A DNA stretch of 64,000 nt from Lama guanicoe (lineage: Eukaryota), in assembly GCA_013239625.1 (NCBI GenBank), contig MU053881.1, positions 15,120,373-15,184,372 on the forward strand, read 5' to 3'. The notes beneath the pieces were generated by a model. That model ran no database searches. It saw only the letters and a list, made by a program, of their open reading frames with translations, and had not been told where the DNA came from. The position numbers and the translations under genes are program-made. Positions 25,531-40,656 of the stretch are shown in pieces. Positions within the stretch are counted from its first letter, which is position 1. Every line of letters begins with the position of its first letter.

Positions 25531-27262
25531 TCTTGGAGCCTTTAAAATACACTAAGATGCTGTGACTCTCTGGCAAGAGTTAGGATTTTTAGGGCCTCTG
25601 ACACTTACTGGACCATTGATAGGCTCAGGAGTTCCCTGATTGCAGGTGGCAGAAAACCTGACCCCAGTAGTTGGGGGCATGTTGGTGCCTACACTTGAGG
25701 TGGACTTCAGGTTCTGCCTGAGGGAAGATCTTGAGCAGCAGGGTCACCTTGAAGCAGATGACAGGAAGGGCTGGGAGAACCAGTGTGACCCTGCCCTGGA
25801 TGAGAAGCTGTGGCCAAGTGGAGATGACAGTGACAAGTGGAGGATGACAGTGATGAATGGAGATGGCAATGATGGTACAGGAGCCTGAGCCCAGTCAGGA
25901 TTCAGGTCTCTAGGTTGGGAGTTATTAAGTACCTTGAGTGTTCTAGAGAACCTGTGGTGAGAGTTCAGACAGTGGGGACTGAGGGCCAGGGAATGGTGGG
26001 GGTGTGTGTGACATGGGATCAGCCCAGGTAGCTCGGCTTTCTGCCACCCTCATCACTTCCTGCCCCTCCAGTGCTCTCCAGTCCCACTGAAACCAAACAG
26101 GGGCCCTGAGGTCACATGACAAGGAGGGGCTGGGTCCTAAGGCTGCTGAGCCCTTCCCTGGTCATGAGCTCAGATGGGGCAGAATCTCTTTTACTTTTCT
26201 GAGTTTAGCTGTTTGTGTTCCATGTTCAATCACAAGGGGACTGCTGTAGAAAATGGGCTTTCTTCCAGGAGGGAAGCGGCCTGGAGGCCCCAAGGGTCAG
26301 GCACTGCCCTTTGTGGGGTGCTGGGCAGGTGGGGGCTGAGCTTCAGCCTTTAGGACCTCCAGTACTGTGGTCCCCTCTTGCGGTTCTTGATCTGGCCTCA
26401 GGGCCTGTGAAAGGTGATGGGAGGGAGAAGGAGCAGTGTTTTCTCTGGATCCTGTGGGCAAATGCAGCTCACTTGCCTGGGAGGCCTCCAGCCTGGGAAG
26501 CTGTGCCCCCTGCCCCATCCTGCTGCCACCTCCCCTCCTGCACAGGGATCTGTGTGTGTATGTGTGTACACGCATGCCCTCAGCCGCATTTTTGCCTTTG
26601 GTTCCCTCAGTCCAGGGGAGGCTGATCTGAGTGGGGCTGAGGGCCCAGGGTGGGGTGGCCACCCCCTCATGCTGCCTTTCTTGGTGATGAGGGTGGTGCC
26701 TCTGGGACCCAGAGGACTCAGGGTGGCCTTGCCTTCTCTCACTTCCCTGAGGAGGGTAAGTCGGCTGGGAGGTTCCTTTTCCTTTCCCCCTTTTTATAAA
26801 GTGACTCTTTAGGGGAATTCAGCTTCCTGTGGGCCTTTTGGTTTTCCCCACATCTGGAAGGAGTGATTTAAGGGTGCCAACATAGCACTTCCAACAAAGG
26901 AAACGTCCACTGAATTGAGTCAGGACAGGGGCTGAGAGCCGGGGCAAGCTCAGTTTGGTCTCACCCTTGACAGTGGGTGCTCCTCTGCTATGTTCTCAAG
27001 GTCCTGACAGTGAGCCTGTGCCGTGTCCTCCTTCCCACTGCTCCCTGTACCTGTGGGATTAGTGGTGGAGCTCATGGGCCTCTTTTTGCCCCTGAAGAAG
27101 CTGAAGTCTGCTGTGCCCAGTTACTGCCCCAGCTGCCTGTCCCCCAAACCAAGGTCTCAGCAGTGTGCCGCTTGTTAGGTGAACAGAATCAGATAAGGAT
27201 GCTGATGAAGGGCACTGTTATGGCATCTTCCCTTTTTCAGTGTCAATTTTAGAATCTAAAGT

Positions 27263-27455
27263 GAGTCTGTAAACCATGGCCTAAGGGCCAAATCTGACCC
27301 CCACCTGTGTTAGTAAATAAAGTTTTCTTGGAACGCAGTAGCATTGTCCATGGCTGCTTTCACACTACGACTGCAGCGGAGTCTTTGCAACAGAGACTGT
27401 CTGGCCCTCAGAGGCTGGGGTGTTGACTCTCTGGCACTTTATAGATGAAGCCGGT
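27263..27455. mobile_element. MER58-like hAT-Charlie element
   Basis: GGGCCAAATCTGACCC..GTAAATAAAGTTTTCTTGGAAC..CCATGGCTGCTTTCACACTAC..GCAACAGAGACTGTCTGGCCC. Confidence 0.75.
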
Positions 27456-30400
27456 GGTTGCTGGTCTGGAGTGTTGGGATGGGTGTGTTAGCAGAATGTG
27501 CTGTCCTGGGTAAAGCTCAGGCCTCAGACCCCTGGTCCCTGTGCTGTTGTGTGCAGCCCTGTGAGCCCTGGCAGACAGCTTGCCATTGTATCTCAGGACT
27601 CGACTGAGACCTTGGAGGGTCCTTTTGGTCTGGCCCCTTCATTTCATGGGTGGAATGTGTGGAGAAGGTGGCTGGCCCAGGATCTCATGATCAGCACAGA
27701 TTAAATCGATCCTTAAACCTAGGGGCATCCACTCTGGGGATGCCTGCCCTCCCAATTTCATGCAGCCTTTGAGTGCTTTCTACCCCTCATGTGAGTCCCT
27801 GGGTTTCCCGGGAGCAGCTTTTCTCAGGCACAGTGTCAAGCCTGGTACAGCTTCCAGTGGGTTTGGCTTTTTTATTTGTGACCTTCTGGTAAACTCTGGA
27901 AACATAGTTGTGGGCCTGAGTGGGAAGAGCTATGTTAGTGTCCCTGGTAGAGCTGGGAGCGTGGGCGACTACCTCTAATTCGAGTCACACTGTGACTGAA
28001 GTGCCCCTCCCCAACCACAGCTGGTCCCTCAGCCTCAGCTCCCTGGGTGTACGGCAGGGCTGGTGTCATCTTACGAGGGGGTTTGTGCCCAGGGAGTCAG
28101 TCATTCACACAGTAGTTTTGAATGTGTGCTTCATGGCATGAGGAACAATCAGGTGACAGTGGCTTCAGACAGATTCTTTGTGTGGACTCAGTGGGCAGCA
28201 GGTATCTCCTGCTCCCTAGGAGTGAGCTCTCCGAGGGCAGGGCTGGGGCGGGGCGTAGCATGTGGTGAACCTTCAGAGCATCACAGCTCTCAAGAGTGCC
28301 ACTTGTAGTTAGATTCTGACAAGTGCCATCTGTAGATGATTCTGAGTTGGACGCCAGCGGCCTGAAAGACCACTTGGCAGGTCTTGGGCAGGCCTCCGTC
28401 ACAGGCTGTGGATTCTGGATTCTGTCAGCAGAAACAGCATGATTTTGCTGTTCTTATCTTTTGGTGTTTTCTCCTTTTTAGAGTTGGGTGGGACTGTTGA
28501 ACTGCTGCAGGCTGGGCAGGGGGACCATGCAGGGGGAGGTCCGAGGGAGGGGGAAGTCCGAAGGGAGGATTATATTGAGGACATCGCAGAGCAGAGAGAC
28601 TTTGGGGAGATGTTTGAGTCAGGGGCAGGCCACAGTTAGATGAATGTGTTCCTTCCTCCCCTGGTTGTACTATTTTTGGTATTGGACACTCACAGATGTC
28701 TGCTTGTTCCAGTGAAATATGCGCAGCTTACAGTGGATCTGGCAAGTGGGACGAGGGCAACCAGCACTGGTCGCCTGTGTCCAGCTGGTCTCCAGCCTGC
28801 TCTGGGGAGGGCACCAGGCCCATGTTTGCTCTCTTAACCTCTGCACAGAGTACCTCCAGTCAAGGGCCTTGTGTGTAGAGCCACATGACCCCATCTATGA
28901 TCTGTGCTATCTCCTGAGAGGAAGTGGAGATGTGTTAAGGATTCTGGGGAGGCATCTGGCCTAGAATGTAGGATTAATGCATTAATGGTATGTGGCCCTT
29001 GGCCCTCCCTGCTCTTAGCTCTGCCACCTGTGTCTCTTTGAGGAGAGTTCTTTCTTGTCATTGAGCAGATGAAGTTAATGGCCCCCCATGTGAGCCTGGG
29101 CCCTGACTCTGCGCCAATGAATGGGGTCTGCAGTGCTTGGGTGTTCAGGGTGAGGCTCACAGGCTGTCAATGGAAGTTGGGCTGATGCCGTGCCATAGAG
29201 GCACAAGGCTTTGGACCCCTTTATTCCCCAGGGTTTGGAGGTGACTCTTCAGGGTCTGTGCCCTAAAGCCTTGGTTCTGATTACACTTCGTCCTACACCT
29301 TCACACGGCCCCTGCCACCTGCCTCTCCTCTTCCTGGTTTTGGTTTCTCGTGTGTGAATTCACTGAAGCCTGGATGCTTTCATGTGACAGAAATTGCCAG
29401 GTGTGTGACCTGCTGGGCACAGCTCAGCCTCAGCGAGTGGCTGGTCTGAGTGGATGTGGTGCCTGCCTCCATGCCCTCTTCTCAGGGCTCCTAGTGCTGT
29501 TCCTGGGGCTCAGCCGTGAGAGAGTGAGCACACTTGAGTGGGTGTCCCTCTGCTGAAGAGCTCAGATTAGTGGGGGCAAACTTGGGGGTGCTGCAGGCTG
29601 GTCGCTGGAGGACACAGGGCCCAGGCCTGGGGCTGTGCAGCAGGAAGGTTTGCATTGGCTGACCTGGGGCTGGTTCTGAGCCAGCCTGCAGACCTGGGGA
29701 GGCTGTCCCCTGCCCTGTGGTCATGTGGGCACCCAGTGGGCCTATCTCTGTTTCTCAGATAGCTGAGGGCTAGAGTAGGGAGGCAGGCCATATTGTTTCT
29801 AAACTCGCACTTGTATTGACTATACGCGGGCTGGGTGGCTGCAAAGTGCAGGACAGGACACAGAGTCAGGGGAGAGGGGGCTGGCTGTACAGTGGCGCCA
29901 TCCTCTGGACCTCAGTTTACTCCCCTGCAGGATGGCGGTCATCGTTATGTTGTGGGGTCTGTGCCTTCCTTTCATGCTGCAGCCCTAACTGTCTAGTAGA
30001 ATAGTCAAGGCCTGAGGTGTCTCTGAAAGGTAGGTGTTTACTCCTCTATTGGAGCCATGGGCCCAGTGTCTCCTGGGTGCAGGCATCATAGACCCCAGGG
30101 CAGCCAGCTCCTCTGGTGCTCAAAGCTTAGGATTTGTGTGGACCCTTGGAGCCTGTTGACTGGACAGGTTGGTGGCAGGACTCGGTGGTGGCTGTACAGG
30201 GCTTTGCAGAGCGGGCAGGTTCCAGTGTAAGGAACATTTCCCGTGACAGCCCTTGGAGCACATTAGAGGTGGGGAATGTGGACACAGCTTGTGGGAAGAC
30301 ACTGCCAGCCTTAGGCAGGATGCAGCCTGGGAAGCTTTGTTTATTTAAAGTTGGGCCTCGTGTTTTTTGTTGTAACTTATTAGCCTATTGATTAACCCTG

Positions 30401-33400
30401 TGGGCAGTGCAAGCCAGCCTCAGGACTGACAGGTGGGGTCAGGAGGCCCAGAGTCCGAGCTCTTCAAGCTGGTCAATGCTGGACAGAAGAGTGTTGCTGC
30501 TCTGAAAACCGGTCCTGGGATTGAAGGTTCTAGAGCGTGTAGCTTGTTTCCCCTTCCAGCTCAGTCATAGAAGAACATGACAGAAGTCAGATGTGCACGG
30601 CAGTTTCACATAGGTGTCCAGTAGGAGTCCTGAAGTCTGGAAAATTTAGGGGAAATTTAGAAAAGCAATCCTCATATGTCATCATTTTCACTCAGGATGT
30701 GCATGGAGAATTTGGTAACATGGAGTCACAAGACTGCATTGAAAAAAACAGAACAAGAGTGGCGTCAGTCCACCCACATGGGCAGATCCCTCAACAGGGC
30801 GGCTGGCCTGCCTGTTGTCAGCCCCCTGCACTGCCCCAGCATGTCTGCACAGTGGCCGAGCACCCGTCGCCCAGGAACTGAAGTGAAATAGTGTGTGTGT
30901 GTCCTCTGCACACTGCAGCCACCTGACCAGTCCTCCCCAGACTCTGTGGCCCAGGCGAGGCCCTGGTAGCAGGGAGTAATAAGCAAGTGGGATGTTGACA
31001 TGTGGGGTCCCTGTCAGCCCCAGGGGTCTGGCCCAGAGCATCTGTCCTTAACCTTGGCCAGGCTGCAGCCAGGCCCCAGGTGTGACAGCCGTGTAGTCAA
31101 ACATGCATCCCAGGTCTGGAGTGTCTGGCCCCGGTTGGGCAGTGTGGGTCATGAGTGAAGTGTGACAGTCTCCTGGGTTCTAATCCCACCTACAGTCCAG
31201 GAGGGCCTGCTAGAGAAGGTGTGTTTCCTGGGACCCATAGGAAGAGTGGAGTTCCTGAGCCCTGGGTGGGTGGTGGGGAAGAGCCTGCACCCCAGGAGGC
31301 TGTGCTGAGGGAGAAGCCCAGTTCTCTCCCAAGAGTGATAGGACAGGTCGGAGGGTCGAGGAGGGAGGCCAGCACACAGCACCACAGGGCATTAGCTTCA
31401 GGAAACTGTGTTGTGCATCGTGTTGTGCCTGTGACTCAAACGCTCTTCCTTTAGGTCTTCATGGGCCTCTCCCTCCCCCATCCTTGCAGTCTCTGCTCAG
31501 AGGACTCCTTCTCCATGTGCCCCCAGCACTCAGCATGTCCCCTGAAGTGTGTGTGCTCCTATCCCAGGATCTGGGGCCACAGCAGCATGCTGTAGGAGTG
31601 TGGTGCACCCTTATCATATGAACATGCAGTGGGACCACGTCGAGGAGGGATACAGGTCCTGGGTGGTTCCCTTGTCCAGCTTGCTCAGCACGTTCTGTTC
31701 TGTTGCTCTGAGGGCGAGAGTCCTGCTTCGGATTCAAGGTGCCATCAGCTCCGCTCCCTCAGCAGAGCCCTGCCCTGGAGGCTGTGACTCTCGACAGGGG
31801 ACTCTCCTCAGTTACACATGTGTGATTCGCTCCCTGCTCTGTTCTCCAGCTCTGCCAGATTCCTTTCCCAAAAATAAAAGTTCTTGGCCTCCTTCTCACC
31901 CACTTTATCCCAGTTCTCACTCCAGGGTGGTGGTGTTTCTTCCCAGAATGCCAGCGGTGCCGGCCCAAGGGTGGATGGCACAGCTGGAATGGTCTCCAGA
32001 CCAGCTGTTCACAGCACCTTCCCTGTCATGGGCCTGGGCCTGGTGTGTTATGCTGATTTTAACATTTTACTTTTTGAACTGGGTTCCCTTTTTTCCAAGT
32101 AAAACCAGCTTTAAAGCACTTCCTAAAGCAGCTGACGGGCCACTCTGGTGCAGGCCAGGAAGTCATACTGGATGGCCCATGCCGTGGGGGTTGGGCCTGG
32201 CTCTGCCCAGGAGCTGGTGGCCCTTGGGGTCCTGGGCAGTGTTCCCCCACTCCCAGGGTACTCTCAGCCCCTGCAGCCTGCCCATGGTGGGAGCACCCTG
32301 ATGGCAGCATTGGGGTGCTTTCTTGGTCCCCTGGCCTGAGTCAGGACCAGTGACTAGGCTCCTTCCTGGGCATTGGCAAACCTTGCTGGGCTGCTGAGTG
32401 CTTTCCCAGGCAGGGGTTTTTGGATTCTGTGTTTATGGGCCCAACTTAGGAAAAAAGTTGGCTCAGAAGAAGAAAGAGGAAGGTCATTGAGTTTCCTCAG
32501 AGAACACTGACCATGCTGCATGCCCTGTGTTCTAGCTCCTGTGTCCTGGAGATCTGGGATGTGACAAGTGGCAGATGGTGTCGCCACTGTTTATCTTCCT
32601 TCATGGATGGGGTTTTGGGAAGCCCTATGTTTGGGGTGCTGGAATGTCCTTGGCAGAAATAGTTGGCGTTTCAACTCTAAAGGTTTGCTCCCAATTTGGC
32701 TGGTTGCCGGGTTTTCCATGGTGGTATAGGGGTGGTGGAATTGACTAAGGTTGGCTCACTCTGGATTCTTGCTGCCCTGTCTGCAGCACCACTGTCACTA
32801 GCACACCATGAAGTGAGGCCCACTGCTTGCCAGTGTCTCCGCCTCCCCAGGGGCCTGCGCCCCTTGCCCCCCCTCACCTGGGATGCCCTCTGTCCCCTCC
32901 TGACTCACTCCTGTCGCACCCACAACCCATGGAAAGCGCTCTGTCAGCATAGATAGCTCTGTGGTCATGGCTCCCGGAAGCCTCTCTGCACCTGCAGACA
33001 CGGGGCCTGCCGTGTGTTCTCGTGGCCCATCACCGCAGGGTGGCTGTGTCTATTCCCTGGGTCTGCTGCTTTCCTGGATCCTTTATTCATCTCTCTCATC
33101 TCACTGGCTTGGGAGTGTGGGTCCTTAATGGGATACCCAGCCACAGTGATAGGGGCCAATCCCAGGACCTTCCTATCTTACAGAGCTCTGGGACATTTGT
33201 GGCCTAACATGGAGTTTCTGGCACCTTTATAAACCCCTTGTCTCGGCCACCTGGGCAATAGTGCTGCTCATTGCTGCTAGGGGACACTTAAGGATGGTGA
33301 TGCGTGATTCACAGGGCTCTGGGGACCCCACTGCCCAGGCCCCAGTGTCCTCTCCTCGACTGCCAAAAGCCTTTCTTTGAAAGTCTATTCTCTGGTATCG

Positions 33401-36400
33401 ATGCCCTTGCTGCCTCCCCTCCTTCCTGCCCACCAAGGGACACACTCCTGGAGCTCAGAACGCTCCCCAAGGAGAATGTATGAGACTGCCTGGCACTTAC
33501 CGGGCCTTTGCCATGAGCCTGTGAATTTGATTGGACCTTCCCTTTCTGGATCAGTGGTTTCTAACTTTGTTTTGCTTTTACGTGGTACAGCCAGCTCTTG
33601 GGCACCAGCCAGATGTGTCAGACAGACCAGGGAGAGCCTGGGATCTTGCTCCCCCAGAGCACGTCCTGCTGAAGGCTGAGGCCCCTCATGTCCTACCCCG
33701 TGACTCCTGTCCACCCTTGTCTGCTCCCCTGAGCAACTGGCACCTGGCCCAAGATACTCGGCCAGCCTGACCACAAACCTGAGGGAGGGCCCGGCTCTGC
33801 TATTCTGTGGGTCGTGTCTTGTTCTCCTCCACGATGACTGACCTTTCATGCCACTCTGTGAGCCTGTCCCAGGGTGTTTCCCACTTCCTTTTGCACACCA
33901 TATTATCTTACTCTTCCTAAGTTTGTGGTGGTGCTGGGCTAAAGTGGTATCTCTCATTTGTGTTTTCTTGGTGGCTTCTTATGTGTTTTAGCCACTTGTA
34001 CTGTCTTCTCAGTCTGTGACTTATTTGTCCTCCTTTCCTGTTGGTTTGTGTGTCTTTTAGTGGGGCTCACTCCAGCACCGACTGACTCCAGTGGCTCTCT
34101 CACTGGGTACCACCTGAGTGCTGTCTGCTGGCTGAGCTGGTGAGGACAGCATCGCAGTGTGGTCATTCCTTCTCCCAAGCATGACCCACTGCACTCCTGA
34201 CAGAACAAAATTGCCTCACCTGCTATGAGTTTTGGCTTGAGTTGGTGGCTGGAAGTTGTCCTGGTTGTCCCTATGAGTGACGCTTATTCATACATAGGCT
34301 CTGCTCTGGGGAGTCAAATGTGTGAAGTTGGCAACCAGCTGGCCGTTTGTCACTTTCTTGAGTGTGACCATGGACCCAGCTGGCCGATGACTTGTTAGGC
34401 TATTTTCCAGGATCTTGCGTTTGCTTCAGTTTATCTCAGTGACATAGTAGTGAAAAAAACATGCTTGTGGATTGGAAAATAAGACATTCTCTATGGCCCC
34501 TCTTGGTTCCCAACGTTATTCCATTTACATAATGGCGTTTGAGCCTGTGCCAACTTCAGGGAGCTGGGGTAGTCAGTTAGGGCCACTGTGCCAGGCCATA
34601 GTAGGCACTGCCTGTCCCTGGGGCAGAGCGGGAGCTCAGTGAGAGGTCCAGGCACTGTAGTGTACTGGCCTTTGCTGGGATGAAGATGCGCCTTCTAGCA
34701 GCCTCAACACACATCTGCTTCCTTAAAGGAAACCACGATTCCCCCATTATCCCTCCGTCCTGCAAGGGTAGTTCCTGTTTCTACCTTTGTCAGAGTTGAT
34801 CTCTCAAGGAGGAATCGGCTGACAGATCCTGCTTCGAGAAAACTGGACTTGACATGCAGTCCATGACTGGTCTGCAAATGTCATGACTGGAGGGATAATT
34901 GGGCAGCTGTTAAAGGAATCCACGACAGACATCTGTGTGGTGAGTGCTTGGCAAGTTCCGTCTGAGGGGGTTTAGGCAAACCCAAGGTACTTATGGTGAT
35001 ACCCTCCACATACATGACAGTTGCGGAAACATGGGTGTGGCTAGTAGTCACGTTTTACTTAAACAAGCACTTATTATTACTACTGTTGGCTTGTTACCAC
35101 TTTGCAGGATATTATTTAAGGTGATCGATAGTTTTGGGAAAGGTTCTGTGGCTCTGATGGTTCCCTTGGTTTGCAGGATGGGGGTGCTGCCTTTGTCCAG
35201 GTCTGTCCTGTCAGCCATCCCTGATGGGGCCTCCTGGAGTGCCCAGAGCTCTAGGCATCCTTTCTGCCAGTCGAGCAGACACAGTGAGGTTGCATGGCCC
35301 TGGCTACCCCTGCCAGTGTCTATGGGGTTGAGAATGTAACCTTGCTGCCTTGAAAGGCAGGAACAAAGTCATTCCCATTTCACAGATAAGAAAACTGACC
35401 AGCTAAGGCACGAAGTCTGTCACCCAAGGCCACATGACTGGTTAGAGAGTGGTCTTCCTCACCCTCGAGGTCCTTGGCTACCTCTTGGCCTTGTCTTCTT
35501 CTGGTGTCAAGATTTTGTTTGTTTGTTTTTAAAAAGAATGTTGCAATGCTTTATTTGCCAGCATTCAGAAACATAGAGGCAGGAGCCGAAGGTCATGTGT
35601 GTGGCAGAGCCTGTTTGTGCTGTTCTGTATGTTGTTTCGGCAGCCTAATGCCTAATTGCCAGCTCAGTGTGACCAAGCCAGAGAGGGTCAGGTGTCTTAC
35701 TTAGGTCACACAACTTTTAAATGGCAAATCCTGAGGTGGAAGTGAATCTTCTGAGCTCAGCTCTGGGCCCTGAAACAGAAGTTTTGCTTTCGATTCCTAG
35801 CAGCTGCTGATAGGCCTAGTGTATCATTCCTGTTCTTAAGCCCTTGGTTCCCTGTCTCTTCTGGAACTGGTTGATTGATGTGGGAGCTGGGGAGGTGCAC
35901 TCTTCTGATCTCCTGTAAGGAAAGGATGGGACACCTTCAGGCCCAGCCCTTCTCCCCAGCTCTGGGTTGGGTTTGAATGACTTGGGGTGATGTGGACAAG
36001 AGGACATGGGGTAGGGGTTTGGGGGAGGTGTTAGCACCTTTTGCCTTGTCATTCCTGTGTTAAGGCTGTGACTTTCACTTTGTATCCTCCTTAACCAGGC
36101 CCCGGGGCAGCATGCTGGCGTTGGGAGGCTGATCCAGCTGAGAGCCCCCAAAGTTAACCTGACCTCTTAGCTTGATCGGTTCTGGGTTCTTAGCCTAGAA
36201 GTCCAGAAAGGGTCTGGATTGTACCGTGCAGCCTCACTGCTGATTCATGAGACTGTCCCGCACCAGCAAGGCAGTTTTGTTTTCCTCTTCTAAATAGACC
36301 TTCTGGTCCTCCTTCCGCTGAGGCAACTGGCCTGGAGTCCTGCCAGGTTTTGCTTCTGTGATGGCGCAGATTGTAAGCTGCTCTGAAATCTAATTTCAGG

Positions 36401-39400
36401 CCTGAGATAATAAAATGGTTTCTTTAACTGGGGATTGATGAGTAGGAAGGCGAGAGACTTGACCTTTCCTTCTAGGTGTTTTATGTTGCCAGAATGATGC
36501 TTGCTCACTTGGAAGACTTGGCATTATGGCCTCAGAGAGAGGCCACAGTGTTCCTGCGATGGCCGAGGCCCGGCTCACTGTTTCTCCTACACAGACCACC
36601 CTTCTAGTAAATTTTTAAAAAGTTGTTTTTTGTATCTGACCTGGTTTTATTTATTTTCAAGCCCAGGAAGACGTGCTCTGTCACCCACAGGAAATAGAGG
36701 AAACACTCCAGGTTTGGCGCATGGCTGGGTCTCCTCGGGTCTAGCCTGGTGAGCAGCTGAGTGGTTGAAGCAGCACTTTGCCAGGTCACCCCTCAGCCAG
36801 TTTGCTCTGGCACCATTGTCTCTGAGACTGCAAAACGCTGCTGGAGGCTCCTGCCTTATTCAGAATCTCAGCCAGTGTCATCGCAGAGCCAGCACTTGAG
36901 GGCCTTCTGCAGGCAGAGGATGCTTCTGGATGAGGCAGGGTCTGCACCGCCCCTGGGGCTTGCATGTGCCTCTCCTCCCCTCAGACATGCCGCATGTCAC
37001 ACGCTCAGGCACGGCTGTCTCGGCTCGTGGCTGTCGTGATCCGATGTTTGGATTGGCGGTGCTGAAAGGCACCTGAGTGTCTCCTGGCCAGTCTGGGTTG
37101 AGTCCTCCTTCCCTCATGGTGGGGCTCAGGCATGGCCCGAGCCTCAGTTTCTCTCTCTGTAAGGAGGTAGCGCTCGTACCTGCCCTGGAGGTTATGAGGG
37201 ACTGATTGGAACGACAAATGAAGGGCCATGTGAAGGGGTGTCATCTGCTCATGGCTATCATGCTGAAGAGAGGATTCACTCAGCCACGTCTCCACCCCCA
37301 TCCAAACCCTGAACATCGTCTTTTGTGGTGTCCAAATCCCCGCCATCAGGGCAGGGAGCAGGTGTGCTGAGGACGGGGCCCTCCAGGTGCCTGTAGGGAA
37401 CTGTGTTCCTTGGCCCTCCTCCCCGAGACCCGCTGCCCCACACTCAGGTCGGAAGGTCAGCAAAGGCACTGTGTGCTGCGGAATCTTCCCAACAGCCTGG
37501 GCTGAGGAATGCGGGGCCAGCCTGCCCATCCCTGACCCTAGTGCAGACTCCCCCGAAGTGGCTGTGCAGAGGGCCTGGCTTCTGCCGGCTCAGCCAGGAT
37601 CTGAGGGTCCCTCTTCCCCTCCCCTGTCACTCTGTACAGCCTGTCTCAGCATCCTAAAGGCTGGCCTCTCTGTTTAGGGTCCCTGGCCTCCCCTCTCAGC
37701 TGCAGTGGGAGCTAATGGGGACATAAGTGAGCAGGAATGGCAGAACCCACCCTCTCCCATCTGGGGTCTCTTGCTGCTCCTCACCGCCCCCTGTTCTGTG
37801 CCCCAGCTGCCCAGAGCACTGGTTGACATGCACGTGGGGCCATGCACCTCCCCTCTGAATGCTCAGACCCTTCTCTCCCTGCCCCCTTTTCCTAGCCTGG
37901 CTTCTCTTGAGGTCCGCCTCCCGTCCTTCTGGTCTTGGCTCAGTTCCCCTTCTCCCTCCCTGTCAGAACAGCCTCTCCCAGTGTCACTCTTGTCCACTTT
38001 GAAACTGTGCCAGAGGACCTTGAGTGGACAGGGAAGCATCTGTCTTGTTGGCTGCTGGGTCCCTACCTCCTGCCTCGGTCCTTCTGGCTTGCTTTAGTCC
38101 TTCTGCTTCCTTTTTTTCTGACTGTTAAATCCTAGGCACTGTTGTTCTGAGATCATACCTGCCTAAAGGTGTCCGGTGTTCAGGTGCTGCCAGCTCAGGA
38201 AGTGGTGGAGGGAGAGGATTCCAGCTTGGCCTGAGCAGAGCTGATCCAGCTCTGAAGGCAAAGAAGATGCCAGAGGATGCAGTTACCTGCTCTGGTGCCC
38301 AGAATACTGGCAGATGAGTGTGTGGTGGCAGGAGGGGTCGATCTGGGCAGAGATAGGGAGTTGGAAATTTTTTGTGACCTTTAGTACCAGGCAGCAGAGA
38401 GGAGGGATGAGGCCACAGTAAGGCAGAAAGACTTGGGGGTTGTTTTGGGGGAGGTCTTTGGGGATCCTCCTGCCCTGAAATAGATATCTGTGTGGGGAGA
38501 GAGGCTTTACTGTGATCTCATAGGACAGGTCACCTCCTGGGGTCTCTGGGACTCTCCCCACCAGAAGGCACCTGTATGCTGGGACCAGGGCAGACAAAGC
38601 ACTGGGAGGAGTGATCAGTGACCCAGCAGGCCTTTCCCAGGCTGCAGGGTGAAGGACACTGTTATCCAGGCACCGGGTAGCTGGTGGGCCCTCTCCCTGT
38701 ATCTGCAGGGCTTTTCAGCCATGGCCATCCTGCCTGCCCACTGGGTCACCTGGGTAGGTTAGAGATGGAAATATATGCCACGTTCTCTTCATTTCATCCT
38801 TCTAAGTGGGGCGTCTTGCTCCCATTTAACGGTCTCTGTATTTTTGCCCAAGATGAAGCCCCACACTCTGCCTTCAGGGGAGCGCAGCCATCTCTGCTCT
38901 GGCCAGCAGCCTCGGAGGGGACAAAGGCATCATTATGCTGCCCAGAGCCCAGGCGAGCTCTGCAGAGCTGCAGTACAGAGAGGGTGTTTTCTGGAAGGTG
39001 CTGGGCAGATCTTCCCATCACGGCCTGGTGGGCAGCTCTGCTGACAGTGTCCCCTTCTCATCTTCCTGGGCTCTGACCTGCATGTGACAGTCTCTTGCTT
39101 CTTTCCTTTTTCATTTCTTATACAAATCCCTGAGGTTATAGAAATGGTTTGTCTTAATTGGTACAGGCGCCCCCACCCTATCCCCTTCCTTCTCAGTTAC
39201 TCTCACAGTCTGGTTTTGATGCGCAAGATGAAGGCCTGCACTCACCTCTGCTTCTCCATGTCGGCTTTAGAAACCACACCGGATCAGAAGCAGCAGTGTG
39301 GGCCAGCCTGCTCTGTTCAGAGGTGTTGGCAGCTGCGCTTTTCATTTTGGGGGTGGGAAGGGGTCTTAGGAGGAACTGCTGGGTGTGGGGGGGAGCACGT

Positions 39401-40656
39401 ACTTATTGTAGCCTTTCCCGGCTGATGGAAGCCCAGCTGAGGCCAGCACACAGGCACTTCCTACTGGGGGTTTGGGGAGAAGGGGCAGGAGGGACAGCTG
39501 CTCCAGGGAACACAGTTTGCGGGCTTGGTGGGGGGCAGCCTGATGCTGGAGAAGGGCACCCCGAGTGAGAAGAGGAAGCTTCAGAGAGAGCCATTCATTT
39601 CCAAGTGTGTCCTCAGTTATGTGACACCTTCTGGCGCCTGCATGCTGCTGTGTTCATGACATAATAATAACATTTCAGATAACTGGAACCACGTGCTCCA
39701 GATCTCAGCCGTGTGTTCCCTACTGCCTGCAGACCCCCCCTCCTGTGAGCACCAGGGGCGTCAGTGCCCCAGCAGCACTGGTGTGATGGGCACTGACATT
39801 CCCTGCCTGAGTTAGTACTCTACATGGCTTAGGTGGAGAGTCCTCACCCCTGCTTTCTGAGGCCAGGGGTAAATGGTGTTTCAGAAATAGCAGATTAGTC
39901 AGGGTGATTTTTTTTGAACCATAGCCGATTTTATAAGTCCCTTCCCAGTCAGACCATCGTGTCTATGCCCCATTTGGGGCAGCGCCTGCACAGACAGGGG
40001 CGTTGGCCCCTTCTGGGCGTGGATCCCTCTCAGACACCTAAAATTGTGGCATTACCAAAGAAATGTGCCACTGAGAGAGTGAATAAAATATTAAAAAGAA
40101 GTATGGGACCTAGGAACAAACTTACGATGTTAATGTGTTAAGTGATGAGGCCTAGCAGTGGATCTATCTAACTGCTATAATTTTGCAATAGTGGTGAGCA
40201 AAAATGGCCTTTGAAGACAGCAACAAACTATCATTTGCCGTGCTAAAGCATGTCAGAGAGTTGATACTGCTCATGATGCCGTAGTTTGTTGCCTACCTTT
40301 GTAACTGAGGGAAATGCTAAGTTATAAGATCCCAAATTCGAGCCCAGTCCCATGTGTTTCCTCTGACATGGGGCCCTCAGCAGCTGTCCTGGGCGTTAAC
40401 CTCTGTAATCTGCTGTGATAGATGAGGAAGCTTCCTGGGCTCAGTCTCAGGACTGGGGCTTTTTGGAGAGGTGCGTGACCCCATGGCTCTGGCCAAAGCC
40501 TCTTGTGGTGCTAGAACATCAGAGAGGGCTTGGGGAGGTGGGGACAATCACGAGCTAGCGCCAAGGGCCCCAGGGCCAGCCTGGGACAATCTGAGTATCA
40601 GGATAATTAAGGACTGTAATACATTTGAGACCATTGCAAAAGACAGCCCATGAGTC

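Noticed and set aside
16812..29404. TGACAGAAATTGC(C)AGGTG occurring near 16812 and 29385
   Set aside because: An isolated short match with no extension; compatible with chance in 64 kb.
31549..32301. 250-aa intronic ORF (likewise 44380-45126 and most other track ORFs)
   Set aside because: No recognisable homology, often non-ATG starts, and composition typical of random GC-rich intron.
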